From Octopus bimaculoides (taxonomy: Eukaryota): a stretch of 64,000 nt of DNA. This document shows positions 23,981-37,058 of this stretch, piece after piece. Below the pieces are notes generated by a model. That model was not told the DNA's origin and did not search any database. It was given only the letters and a program-made list of their open reading frames with translations. Position 1 is the first letter of the stretch. The number at the start of each line of letters is the position of its first letter. The position numbers were made by a program, and so were the translations under genes. The DNA lies in contig NC_068984.1 in NCBI RefSeq assembly GCF_001194135.2, positions 140,418,915 through 140,482,914 of the forward strand. The letters are read 5' to 3'.

Positions 23981-26262
23981 CAACACACTCACACAAAGTT
24001 ACAAATGAAAGACCACACACTTCGAAGATTTTATATATCTGTATGAACAGAGTACTCCAGATTTCACATTAGTAAAGATAACCTCATTCATCACCTGGAT
24101 GCTTGGTTTGGATTCAGAATCAAGCAACTGAATGATACCTCTAAATTAATCATCAGTGTTTTTAATGTCAACTTTCCTATGAGTGTCTGAGTGTCTGGTG
24201 GAATTTCTTAAGACAGGTGTCTTACAGCTGGACACCCAAGCAAAGTAATATTTCCCCATGACCAGACATATTTTCACGGAAGACTGGAAATAAATAACAT
24301 CACTTTTATGAGGGTGGTGCACATTAATAATCATCACATAGCATCAAGAAAAGGGTGTACACGTACATACATACATACATATGTATGGTGGGCATCTTTT
24401 GGTTACTGTCTACCAAATCTGCTCACATGGCACTGGTCAGCCTGGAGCTGTAGCAGAACACACTTGCCTGCAGTGGGACTGAACTGGAACAAGCTTTACA
24501 ACCACAGCCATGCCTAAGCCGGTTAATACAAATAGAAGCTACTATGTAAAAGACCTGTTTCCGACATACCCTATACACCCGTATGAACTCGAAGAGAATT
24601 TTTAAAATAGCTTCTCTTCAGTTTTAATATCTTAAGAAGTGATAAAGTTCAAGTAAATTGTTTTCTTTTTACTTTAATTTTCCTCAGCATTTATAGAACA
24701 AGATGAACTGGTTTACATTGAGAGCTTGAGACAGGTGACATTACTCTCTTATAATAACTTCATAGTCGCAAGGAAGAAAGAAAAAAAGCCTTCGTAACCT
24801 ACAAAACTTGACAAAGGAGAAACGTAACAAAAGCTATGTTTCTCCAGTGTTTCAGTCTTTAGTATTGTGGCATTTCTTTTTTTTTTCTTTTTCAGCATAG
24901 GGTTTTGTTGCTACCCTATTGTAGATAGACGATTGTTGTAACCTTTTTCATACCAACCCACCTGAAATTGTCTCTGGTTCCATGACACAAAAATCCAGTC
25001 TCAAAACGATCTACATAAAAACCTATCAAATTTCATGTAAATTTATATTCCAAACAACAGCTTAATAGTGACAAAGGTATTTTACTACCCCTTTTTATCA
25101 TATTCAAATTAGTAGAAACAAAAGCAGTGTATTTTCAACAGAAATATGATTAAAAAAAAAACGGTTACATCTACGCAACACATTTTTAGTTAGCAAAACA
25201 GCAATTTACACCTTGGTCTACACCACACAAATGTAAATGTCTTTTCCGTCAGGATTTTTTAATGCTTACTTTCAAATAATAAAATTCCTAACTCCATCAA
25301 CATCTCCGGACCTTCCGCAGTCTTCTGGATGAAATAGTTGTTAGCGACCATTTTTAACTGCTGCCTTTTTCTTATAGTTGGCAGGGAAAATCATTGGAAT
25401 GGTATCACTAATTAAATTGTTAGTACTAGATTTAAAACTTCAACAATTCCAAGTTATACTTTGATCATCATCATCATCATCATTATAATGTTTAATTTTC
25501 CATACTTACACGGATCAGATAGAATTTGTTGAGGTGGATGGCCTTCATGTTGACAAACCTCACCGGTTTCCAAGAAAGGTAACATTTCTCCATGATGAGA
25601 TAAGTTTCTATGACAATCACACTCGTTTACAACTATCATGTGATGTAAAGGTAAAGAGTCAGTAACACACACAGGTAATAAGCCTCTTTTACTTTCTGTC
25701 AACCAAATCCATTTGCAAGGCTTTCTTCAGCTCAGGGCTACAGCAGAAGGCACTTGCCTCAGGTGCCACACAGTGGGACCGAACCCAAAACCCATGTGGC
25801 TGAGAAACAAACGTCTTATCGCACAGCCACGCCTGCACCTATTCCACAATCAATAGTTGTTTTCCATTCATTATTAGTGAATTAACTGTATATTATCAGG
25901 ATGAAATATCTGTGTTAATATGGTTAGTATTTTATCTACTAATAAAGCATCCCCTGTAAATCACCAATGTTTATGGAATTCTACATTCTCTATGGGACGG
26001 TTATGCTAACTATTTTTATATCTCGTTATGATTTCTACAGCATAAAGTGCCGAATGACTCATCGTTGCAACTGCATAGTCAGTCATTCAGTTAGTAATAA
26101 AAGCATCCCACATGCACATTTAATGAAACAGTTTTGAGTCATGAAATTCAAAACATTTATGTTTATATTTGTTATCTGAAGCAGGTTTTGTGAGGAATAA
26201 GCAAGCAATTTCCTGTTGATAAGGTTTTTTCCCTCTGAAATTAGATTTTAACCAAATACAGA

Positions 26263-26635
26263 TGCAAGCATGGCTACATGGTTGAGAAACTTGCTTTGAA
26301 ACCACAGTTTCAGGTTCAGTCCTGCTGAGTGTCACCTCAGGCAAGTATCTTCTACCATAGCCCCCAGCTGATCAATGCCCTGTAGTAAATTTGCTAGATG
26401 GAAACTGTGTGGAAGCCTGTCTGTGTGCACATGTGTGTTTCTTTGTCATCTACCACAGCTTGTTAACCAGTTTTGGTTTGTTTATATTCCTGTAACTTAA
26501 CAGTTCAGCAAGAGACTAACCGAATAAGTACCAGTCTCTAAAAAAACAGAAATACTGGGGTTGATTTGTTTGACTAAAACCCTTCTAAGTGGTGTCCCAG
26601 CATGGCCATAGTCCAACGACTGACTCAGAGATAAA
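26263..26635 (+). mobile_element. family B1 SINE
   Basis: Same head, hinge and tail blocks. Confidence 0.8.
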
Positions 26636-26974
26636 ATAATGACACCATCATCAGTAACAACATCATTACTGCCAGTAAAAAAAAAAATGTAACAGATACT
26701 AATACCATACACAATCACTTTCGTAAGGAAATAAGAACAAGAGTGCCCCCTGACTGGCTCCCCTGCCAGTGGCATGTAAAAAGCACTATCCGAAAGTCGT
26801 CGATGCCAGTGCCTACTGACTGGCTCCCCTCACATTTTCTGAAATGCTCTATTCTCATTTTTTTTTTTTTCTCCAAAAGATTTCTTCCTTCAGCTGGTTT
26901 GTCCTAAACTACTGATCAGCTTTTATGTTGTGACTGCTATTAAACAACTTGTAGCTCACAACTACACTCATATA

Positions 26975-27101
26975 CAGGGTGTCCACAAAGTCTAGGTACA
27001 TGGGGATTAACACATACTTTAAGAAATTATTATTTCTTACATTTAATTGTTTATGTTATGATTTTATTTACTCCATGTACCCAGACCTTGTGGACACCCT
27101 G
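26975..27101. mobile_element. Tc1/mariner MITE, 127 bp
   Basis: 29-bp TIRs CAGGGTGTCCACAAAGTCTAGGTACATGG (27/29 match) flanked by TA on both sides. Confidence 0.85.
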
Positions 27102-30100
27102 TATATTTGTCTTCCCAGTTTGGTTACCATTGTGTAGTATCTGCAGAAGAGTAATGCCAGCTGCATAACTGACAGGTAACAGATGGCATTTATTATGGTA
27201 ATATTTTTTACCTGTCTACAAAAGGTGTATGATGTAGCTTCATTGTTGATTAACCTATAACAAAACAGTACTGGTAAACCCATTGTAAACTAGTTTACTA
27301 TTAATATATGATGACACCAATAAATATAGTAATCATAATGTTATCATCACCAGCCCCTGGACTTTACAGTCTCAAGTTCTAGGGCTCATAAGGCAGGTTA
27401 CCTGGTTTCCAAGTGATCAAGTTCACAATATTGCCCCTGAACAGGATGCCAGTCGATCATGGGTAACTTATTTGCAGTTGAAATGACTGGAAGAATGTAA
27501 AGTGAAGTATTTTGCTCAAAAACACAACACGATGCCCAGTCCAGAATTGAAACAACAATCTTGATATCATAGCACAACTCCCTAACCACTAAGGCATGTG
27601 TTTTCACTAATTATAATATAGGGATGTATTTATTACACGTCAAGTTTAACTGTAGGCTCATAAGACCAGCTTTCTAGTGAGTGACAAGATGCAATGCAGA
27701 AAAATTTTTCAGGAAATAAGAGCATCTTACAGGGTAAGAAATACAGTTAAAAAAAAAATTTAAACACGAGCACACACACAGACAACAGGATGGTTATGAG
27801 TGAAATGCCTTTGATTGTAGACCTGCCCAATCAGAGCTAAACAACTAAATTAACCCCAATTGAATTTACATCAACCGAATTTCATCATAACAGAATACAA
27901 TTACCAAATTCTAGCCAATTCCATAGAAATCAGAACAAAAGTATCTAGGGAAGAATTGGGGTGCGGTGGGGAGTAAATTAACAACTCTCCGATTGTTGTA
28001 TCATAATGGTGGGGCAAAAACTGAACGTTCAAAAGACTTTTGTGAATTATAAAAAAAGTTAATAGCTACCAAACAACACACGTGGGAGGAGAGGAAGAAG
28101 GAAGCTTCCATTGAAATAGTTAGTGGTGGGATGTAAGCAAATGGAATTTATGCCTAAAATATTTAATCACAGATAAAAGCAGCCATAAAATAGACCTAAA
28201 ACTTTATTGTATTTAATTAAAACAGCACAACAGTAGTAACTATCATGCTGTGAAGTCAAAGGTTAGACATATCTGACCCATATTTAATTTTGTAGGTCAA
28301 TCAGTGAATGTTTACCAGCTACTTTACTGTTGCAGTCAGGTTGTTTAATCACACCAGATTGCAATATTCAACAACAATCTCATCATTAATCTACTTGCCT
28401 TAATGTACAGCAATTTTGGTTCCAATTCCAAAATACCATCAGCAGGAGAAGTAATCATCATTATTTAACGTCCGTTTTCCACATTGGAATGGGTTGGATG
28501 GTTTGATAGGAGCAAGGTCAGGGGCCACACCAGGCTCCAATTGTCTATTTTGCTAAGGTTTCTATGGCTGGATGCCCTTCTTAATGCTAACCACTTTACA
28601 GAGTGTACTGGGTGATTTTTACGTGGCACCAGTACCAACAGGGTCACCAAATAACTTGCAAGACAAAAACCCCTCAGCTGAGAGGAGGGAGTGGTAGTGA
28701 GGTAGGGCAGCTTTGTGCCAGTTGATAAGAGATTAGAGAGACAGGGGTAGGTGTCCTGCTGTAAAGTGAAAATGAAAGTAATATGATGGAAAAAGAAAGA
28801 TGAATGCATCATCTACTATCATCTGAAAGGAAATTTTCTTTATATTTTGTGTCAACTTGATTTTTTGCTTCGTCAGAGGAGAATGGATGTTACCATTGTT
28901 GCTAAGTCTGCTTTTCCATGCTTCTATGAGTTGGACAAAGTTTTGTTGAGATGGATTATTCTAAAGCCAGATAGCCTTCTTGTTGCCAACTTACACCTGT
29001 TTCCAAGTAAGCTAATACTTGCCAGTGCCCAGACATGTTTTCACAGAACATTGAGAATGGAGAATATTGCTTGCGTGGATAGTGCACTCATTTACAACTA
29101 TCAGATGATGTCAAGGCAAGGAGACGGTCACACACAACAGCATAAATGAATTCCAGGCTAACAAGACGGACATAACTAATGTCTTGGAAAAACATTGGTT
29201 AGGAGAAAATCCCAGAGAATTCTGGTTTGGGATGAGTAGCAGGATTGCGCAGTTTAGTGGACGGGAAGATAAAGACTGATGAATGGGAGGTAATACAAAT
29301 AATCTTTTACCGGTTTCCAATCATTGGACTGCAGCCAGACAGGGGCAGTGCCTTGACAGAGTAAGTAAAAAAAAATCATCCCCAGTACTAGTACTTATTC
29401 TATTAGTCTCTCTTGCTGGACTGCCAAGTTATGAGGACACAAACATGCCAACACCAGTTGTCAAGCATTAGTAAGGGGGTCAACACACACACACACACAC
29501 TTCCAGTTTCTGCCTCCCAAATTCACTCACAAGGAATCGGTCAGCCAAGGGCTATAGTAGAAAGCATTTGCTCAAATTGTTCTGCATAAGTTCAACAGAG
29601 AATTATAGAGCTGGTAGGGAAAAACATTTGTTTTTTTAATAAAACAGGGAAGTAACATGTCTGTGGGATGATAAATGTTGTGTTGGGGACTAAGTCTTTG
29701 CTAAACTAAATATTCATTTTCTTTAAATGCAGATGTGCATGTACACACATGTATCCATTTTTGTGCAGCAGCAATAATCAAAATACATGAACAGTATTTC
29801 AATACATATTGAGTATTAAAAAAGAGATCCAGCAACTAAACAAAACTGAGGAATCTTTTGTCCCAAAACAGGAGAAACCTAGCTTCTTGCAATGCAAACA
29901 GATTGACATCAGTTTATAGCAATGTGGTTGCTATAGAAAACAAAACATCATTAGTGAAGAACTAGCATTTGTAGCAAGATCACCAGAGAATGTTTCAACC
30001 AAAAAAGGGGTTAGTCATAAGCGTGCCAAACATAAGGTAATGTAAAAAGAGAATGATTTTATACAGAAAAAACACAAAAACCAACAAATAATTTGCTGGT

Positions 30101-32287
30101 TTGTTGTGATCACTATCATCATCATCATCATCATCATCATATAAAATGTTTAACAAAGAAGCACCCAAACTATTCAATACCAATTCAAATTTAGTCTTTA
30201 CATAAATAATAAAATGTACTAATCCTTTTGGATGTTTTGGGGGGCTGTCACAGATTTGGGCATTTTAAAATTAAGTGAAAATATCCAAATTTATTATATT
30301 GATGTAATTTTTCACACTGAACCTGAATTTGGGATTTGTTTATTTACAGAGATTCAAAGTTTGGTAACTTTTAGTCCAAGAAAACAGGAATTGGAAGCTG
30401 GCATTTTCTGCTTTATAGGTGTCTGTCACAAAATGATATTGCCCATCAAAACCTGTGGTGGTGGTGGTTGAGCAGTGAAAGTGTCAGATAACAGCTTTGC
30501 TTGTTACTATAGAAACAGATACTAAAGTGAGAGTTATCCTCATGTGTACAGTAGTGGCTTTTGATTGGTTAAAATTACTCAAAATTTCGGAACTTTAAAA
30601 ACCTATCAACTTTATATTATTAATTTATGGCAAAAATTAATTTCATTTTCCTAATTAGCATACAAAACTTCTATACCAAATTTGGAAACACTTGGAACAA
30701 AATTGAAAATACATGAAATCTTTGACAGCAACTGGAAAGATCTGCCTTTCCAATGTGAACTAAGCTTAGCAGAATGAGAGGATTGAGTACAGCTNNNNNN
30801 NNNNCAGCTGACTGGACATTGAAATTATTTTGTCAATAGTATTTTTTAGCACTGGCGGCAAACACACTCACACACATAAAGAAATATAAACAAAAGATGG
30901 AGAGGGTGAGAGACACATACAAACATAACTAGATACTCATACACATAAAGAGAGGGGAATGCAGGATGAGAATAAGAGAAACACTGAAACATCTGATGTC
31001 AAATAAGTCAGCATTGATTCAGCAGCACCAAAATGCAACCACTTTATAAAATGTACTAGGTGGGTTTTTTTCTTTCTTTTTTTCGTGGCACTAGCATTAG
31101 TAAGGTTGCAAGACAAGGCCTCTCATCTGAGTGGAATGTAGTAGAAAATGGAAAATGCCAATCAGCTGTTTCAACAAATCACTACATTCAAATTCAGAAT
31201 AGCCCCCGGATATACTCGAAAATATAATTTTAACAGGACCGGGATGGACATTGTAAAATCAACAGGAGAGTAAACATTAACAACAGATTGTGACTATGTG
31301 AAGAAATAATAAAATGTGACACACGATAACAACAAAGGAGCATATGGAAAATAGGGGAAAAAAACAAAAAATCATCATAATTTCAACACCTGATAATGCT
31401 GTTCAGTTGCTGGAGTATATATATAAATGAGTGGACATGAAAGGTGAGCACAAAGAAGAAAAAAACAAGTAGAAAAAAAAAAAGATGGTCTCCGGAATGA
31501 ACAGTAAAAAGGAATTATGAGGGAAATGGGGAAAAAGATGTAAAATGACAATGTAAGAAGAAAAAAAAGAAAAAAAAAATTAAATGTATACATAGAAAGC
31601 CTTTTGGCCATGTGACAGAAGTAAGAAAAGACAAGTGAAATATGTGAAGAAATACTGTTATCTCATCTGGATCAATGCTCTTTGTGAGATGATGCAATTT
31701 TACAGTCATTTTACTCAATAAGTTTAAAGAATAAAATGTAATACCGTTTCACTAGGCTTTACAACGAAAGAGGTGGAAAGCAAGAGTGATAGAATGAGGA
31801 ATCAAAATATCCCGCGGTATTTAGTTGTGTAAATTTTAAGTTCAAACCACAATAAAATCAACTTTTAATGTTTTTATGTACCAATCAGGAGAAAATTAAT
31901 TGACCAGGCTTCCCCCATTACAAATTTTTAGCTTTGTACCATGTTAGAAACGAGTATTATAGATTAAATACATCATGTACATTTTGATGGCTACCTTACT
32001 CAAAATAGCTGCCACATCTGTACATCACAGGTTAATATAATGGACAGAATCCCTGCATCAGAACCCTTCAAAACAGACATATGCTCTAATATACAGCATC
32101 ACTATTTATGAGTAATAGAACGGGACTAGAACAATGGCTATAACAACTAGATATTCTATGAGCCAATGAGGAAGCCTTTGCCATAGCAACTCAGCATGCC
32201 AGTGGTTGCACTTCTATCAAATCATACCCTTCTGTTATTTACATTATTTACATTTGACGGATATTCGTCCTCATCTTGTTTGTTGTT

Positions 32288-32333
32288 AACACAACGTTTC
32301 GGCTGATATACCCTCCAGCCTTCGTCAGGTGTC
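32288..32333 (-). ncRNA. second copy of the minimal hammerhead motif, sense to YTHDF pre-mRNA
   Basis: Exact reverse complement of 32596-32641. Confidence 0.7.
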
Positions 32334-32595
32334 TTGGGGAAATTTCGAACCTGGGTTCTCATTCCTATCGATGTTACTATTATTATTATTATTATTATAT
32401 ATTATTATTATTACTATTATTAATCAGGGCATATGGCGTAGTGGTTAAGAGCGCGGGCTACTAACCCCAAGGTTCCGAGTTCGATTCACGGCAGCGACCT
32501 GATTAATAATAGTAATAATAATAATATATAATAATAATAATAATAATAATAGTAACATCAATAGGAATGAGAACCCAGGTTCGAAATTTCCCCAA

Positions 32596-32641
32596 GACAC
32601 CTGACGAAGGCTGGAGGGTATATCAGCCGAAACGTTGTGTT
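32596..32641 (+). ncRNA. minimal type I hammerhead ribozyme motif (PLE type)
   Basis: GACAC (stem I), CUGACGA, extra A, GGCUG...CAGCC (stem II), GAAA, palindromic ACGU helix III, U17, GUGUU (stem I'). Predicted cleavage after 32636 (GUU). Confidence 0.7.
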
Positions 32642-35600
32642 AACAACAAACAAGATGAGGACGAATATCCGTCAAATGTAAATAATGTAAATAATGTAAA
32701 TAATTCCTCATCTCTTAAATATAGAACTATATCCTTCTGTGTTACAAAAAGAAGGGCTGCATCAGATTATATTGTTCAAGATGTGCCGAACCAGAAAAAG
32801 ATGAGATGATCTGGTTGGAACGCAAATGGTAAATGTTTACTTGGAGCTAAATAACAACTAGAAAATTCTTTGATGGATTTAATAAAAGCATGGGAACCAT
32901 CAATGATATAAAACCAATGTGCAAAAGTGTTCAGTGATAAGTACACAATTACCACCAGACATCACGTGAGAATGGTTCAGTAACATGTACCATGCTTTTG
33001 CTAATTGTTTTAGGTGCCAGTGTATTCATGAGCAGACACGGCACACTGTTGGCCCCCTCACCCATGACGATAGAGAGAGATTTATCAAAGGGTATATTCA
33101 GTAATCAAGATTTGGAAGGACCCCCACAAGATAGCTTTATTGCTTTCTTTTAAAATATGACACAATAAGCTGATTTTAAACATTATTTAGGTTCCTACAA
33201 AAAATTTTTAAAAATTAAGATTTTTTACAAGATTAACTTCCAAGTAAATCACTATTTAAAAAACATTTTTTTCTACTGTCAATACATAAAATATAAGCTG
33301 TATACTTGTGTAGAATATTCACAGCAATTTAAAGCATAAAATAATGAACTATAATTTGTTAAATGTATTAACCAGATGGATTTGAACTCAATCAAGGGGA
33401 AAACTTAATATCACACGAAGTCTGTCTGTCTCTCTCTCTCTCTCTCTCAACCAGTCACATTGTGTGTGTGTGTGTGTGTGTGGTATTCATGCTGGTACAA
33501 AACCTCAAAGAGTATAGTTGATTTAAACCAATTGTATTGTATATACCTAATAGTTATTTATTAATCTCAGAGAAAAGTAGCAAATTTGATGCTGACTGTT
33601 AAGTCTGACACTATCATTTTTGTAATTTTACAATAACAAAGGATTTTCTCACATTGAAACAAAACCACAAATTTGTTAGTAACAATGCACAGACAACTAA
33701 TCTGAGCCAGTACATGGCTTAATTATTTTACTGATTGTGAAAAGTTATGCTGTTTCCAGCATAAAAGACATCACTGGCTACAACAGAATACTACCATTTC
33801 AGTCATTTGGCAACAAGGATCTAGTCTCATTCATTCAGAAATAATCTGAGTTTGACATTGGAATATATATATAAGTTTGGTGTGAGGAAAAGGAAAAGTT
33901 TAACCATGTACAGGACCCTTCATCAAAGACTTCTTTTTCATATGGTCAACTTTTGTATTTTTTGCACTTCACCCTTTGCCTATCACATATGGCACACAGG
34001 ACGTATTACACTGGTGTCCTTGCACTACCATATATGACACACATACCCAATATTTTTTTCCAGCACCACAGTAACATGGGACTTAAAAATATTATATTAT
34101 TCAGAACATATGAAATAAGGGCAAGTTTGAAAAGAACAATGGACATTTAGGACAAACTTATGAAAATGCTTTGGAAAGGCTTAGATGCAAACCAGCACCA
34201 ATCTCTGCAAATCTTAATGTACACTATAATTCAACTCGGATATATACCAGGTTAAAAACATATCTCATGAGAAAAAAGGATTGCTGCATCATAATAATAA
34301 TATATATTGACAACAGAGAATGATTTCACAGTTATTTTTCTTTACACTATACACAAAAGAAAAATCTGTTGATTCTTATTTAAATACCGACATACACATG
34401 AATGGATTCAATTGAAAATATATATGCACAATGTAATTGAAAAGAATGCTGTTTATGAGTTAGTCAATATTTATGAAATTAATCAGTGATTATTTATTTA
34501 TTTATTTATTAGTGTTTGTCACACACAAACTATTTTATTATAGACACGAACCAAGGGTTGAAATTTATGCAAATACACATAAACTGAGAAGTTTCAACAA
34601 GTGTGTTTGCATGAAACTCTAGACCCTTGATTCAATGATGCATTCTCAAGTATAAAATAATATAAGCACTCTCTATATTGAACTCTATATCACCAGTCTG
34701 TACAAGCAATCAGACACACACACATACAACTGATACATTGAACACAGGCATTTTATGATGGGTCAAAAAATAGCATAAGGGATGTTATATTAATGTGCAT
34801 ATTCAGATTTAATTTGTAACTCATCGTGAGTTCATTTTTATGTATTTTCATTTGGAAAAATAATAAATAAAATATCACCAATAATTTCACAAATAAAATA
34901 TCACCAACAGACATGTGAAAATATATGACTGGTATATTTGTATAATGTTTACCTAATTGGAATTACAAACTCATGCTTTGTAATTTCAATTGTACGAATA
35001 TGGGGTTTGTAATGCATGTTACACAAATATGAAAATACAGACATTATATTCACTTAAAAATGAATTTCAGCTGACTGATAAAAATACATTTAAAAATAAT
35101 CTGAATTACCATATTTGATGGCATAAAAGATGCAGAGCATATCAGATATTCAGGGAAAAAGTTTTTAAAGCATGTAATATTTAAACCAATCTTGTAGTAC
35201 TTTACAAAATAGCATAGTTATAGCAGAAAACATTATTCGATATAAGAAGTTAGGAGTACAGTTGAAAACATATAACAAGAAATTACAATATTTAGACATA
35301 ATGGATTAGCTGGTACAAACAAACAGTGCCAGTCCATTGTTAGGGTAATTCCTTTTACAGTACAATTAATAATAATAATAATTTTTCAGTAAATATTCTG
35401 GAGTCAGGTTGGACAAAAATTAGCCTATAGTAGTGAGCATCAAGGATAAAATTACAGATGGCCCAACTTTGCATATAAGATGCAAGGTGATATTCTGAGA
35501 TTTGGGATAATTTGTGCACCGTGTATGTCATCAAATACAGTATACAAAAAGATATGCAATACAAATTTCAAGAATACAGAAAGATCAAAAACTAAAGAAA

Positions 35601-35720
35601 AAAATGGAATCTTTTGTGTGTCACCACCCCCACTTCAATATACTTGTTGTGTATGTTTATTTTTTTTGTTTGTTTTTGTTTTGTTTTATTGTGTTTGTGT
35701 GTTTTAATGGGAATACTCAC

Positions 35721-37058
35721 CTTTTTGGTAAGATCTTCCTCCTGTCGTTTCTCATAATGTCCGAAATCATCAAAGATGGACGTTGAGTGCCGAAAATTGT
35801 GCAGGATTTTCAGCACCTGCTTACCCTTTTCTGGTGGTACTTCTTGAGTGTCCCTTGAGTTGGTGACTGGCTTATTCTCATTGTTTTCCAAGCGAATGTG
35901 TCGCAATTGACTATTTGGCACATCCTTCACATAAATCCATTTCACTTCAAACTGACCTTTCCATTTGTCTTGGGCCCATACTCCACTGTTGGTGGAATAG
36001 TCCACAGGTGACATCATTTGGGCCATACCACAGAAATGTCCACTACCATTGACACTATAGAAAAGGTATACAGGACCCTTGCCCTCTCTTTCTCTGTAAG
36101 CCCCATCCAGTCTCTTATTACCATGCTCAGTGCTGCACCAAATATTATATTTTATTGATCGGTGAATGTCATCCTCAGAGTAACTTTTTATGATAAAAAA
36201 GCGAGCCCCTTTAGGATTCAGATTGAAATCTTTTGGATTATATTGATTAACAGATCGCAGCTTTTCCAAAACTGGGTGAGGTAAACTAGGAGAAGATGGA
36301 GGTCCATTCAAAGATCCTGCATTACCAACATTAGCTGAAGGTGGACTGGAGTTGCCTGATGGAGCACTGTTGTTATAAGCTGCCATAGTACGACGAGGTG
36401 CACTCCATACTTGTCTCCCTTGATTCGCCTGCTTGCTGTTGTTATTGTTCTTGTTATCCCAAGTACCAATGTCCATACACTTTGATGTCATGGGAGCACG
36501 GGGCATAGCACGTGCTTTAATCTGCGGCTGAGGCCGAGCTGGTTGGCTAGCTACAGCGGCCCAAGAGGTTTTCTTTGGCCCCTGTGGTGGAGATGGCCCA
36601 GCCGAACCAGGTGGACCGACTTGAATAGATCCATCAATCACACCTGCCTGCACAGAATCATTTCCAACACCATCTGACAACTTCTTTTCTCCAGTGATAC
36701 TCATGCCCTTCAGCCCCTGCTCAACACTGTTCACAGTGTCACGATCTTGCTCTCCATTCATCGGCCCATAGCCATCAGAAGAAATCATATCAGTGCCATA
36801 GTAATCCTTGCGGGTGGCATTATTCCAATAGTCGCTGCCATTGTAATCCCAACCAAATTGGGCATATCCAAATCCACTAAAGACGCTGCTGTAGTCATAG
36901 CCCCCAAGGGGGAACACGTTGGCATCTCTTCCACTTGACCATGTTGCATCACCAACCCCTTGTCCCAAATAAGGGAAGGAGATTGGTTGGTTGTAGTAGC
37001 TTGGTAGAAATTGATCCGAGACTCCTGGACTTGACATGGGACCTGTTCCATATCCTCC
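35721..37058 (-). CDS. YTHDF: YTHDF large exon 4 (446 codons): low-complexity region plus complete YTH domain
   Basis: Lies within the 481-aa ORF. Acceptor TTCTCAG|GGA at 37058 and donor AAG|GTGAGT at 35720. Motifs [73 protein letters not shown] and [15 protein letters not shown] are present. All three cage tryptophans are intact. Confidence 0.97.

Larger units (their letters stand above)
32236..32728 (+). mobile_element. tRNA-headed, hammerhead-containing non-autonomous retroelement (Penelope-type tail) with an inverted 5' duplication
   Basis: Inverted arms at 32235-32428 and 32498-32694. A 69-nt tRNA-like spacer carries A box TGGCGTAGTGG (32434-32444) and B box AGTTCGATTCA (32478-32488). 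An (AATGTAAAT)x3 tract lies near the 3' end. 12-bp direct repeats ATA(C/T)CCTTCTGT at 32224-32235 and 32729-32740. Confidence 0.75.

Noticed and set aside
32428-32497. tRNA-Ser(ACT) gene
   Set aside because: A and B boxes are present, but the acceptor stem does not pair, the anticodon stem has only 3 pairs and there is no long variable arm. It is better read as a SINE head.
32675-32701. CRISPR-like or otherwise spaced repeat array
   Set aside because: Only three contiguous 9-bp units with no spacers, in a eukaryotic context. No CRISPR array was seen anywhere in the window.
36747-37051. Overlapping ORFs in other frames of exon 4
   Set aside because: Shadows of the GC-richer YTHDF coding sequence; no independent evidence.
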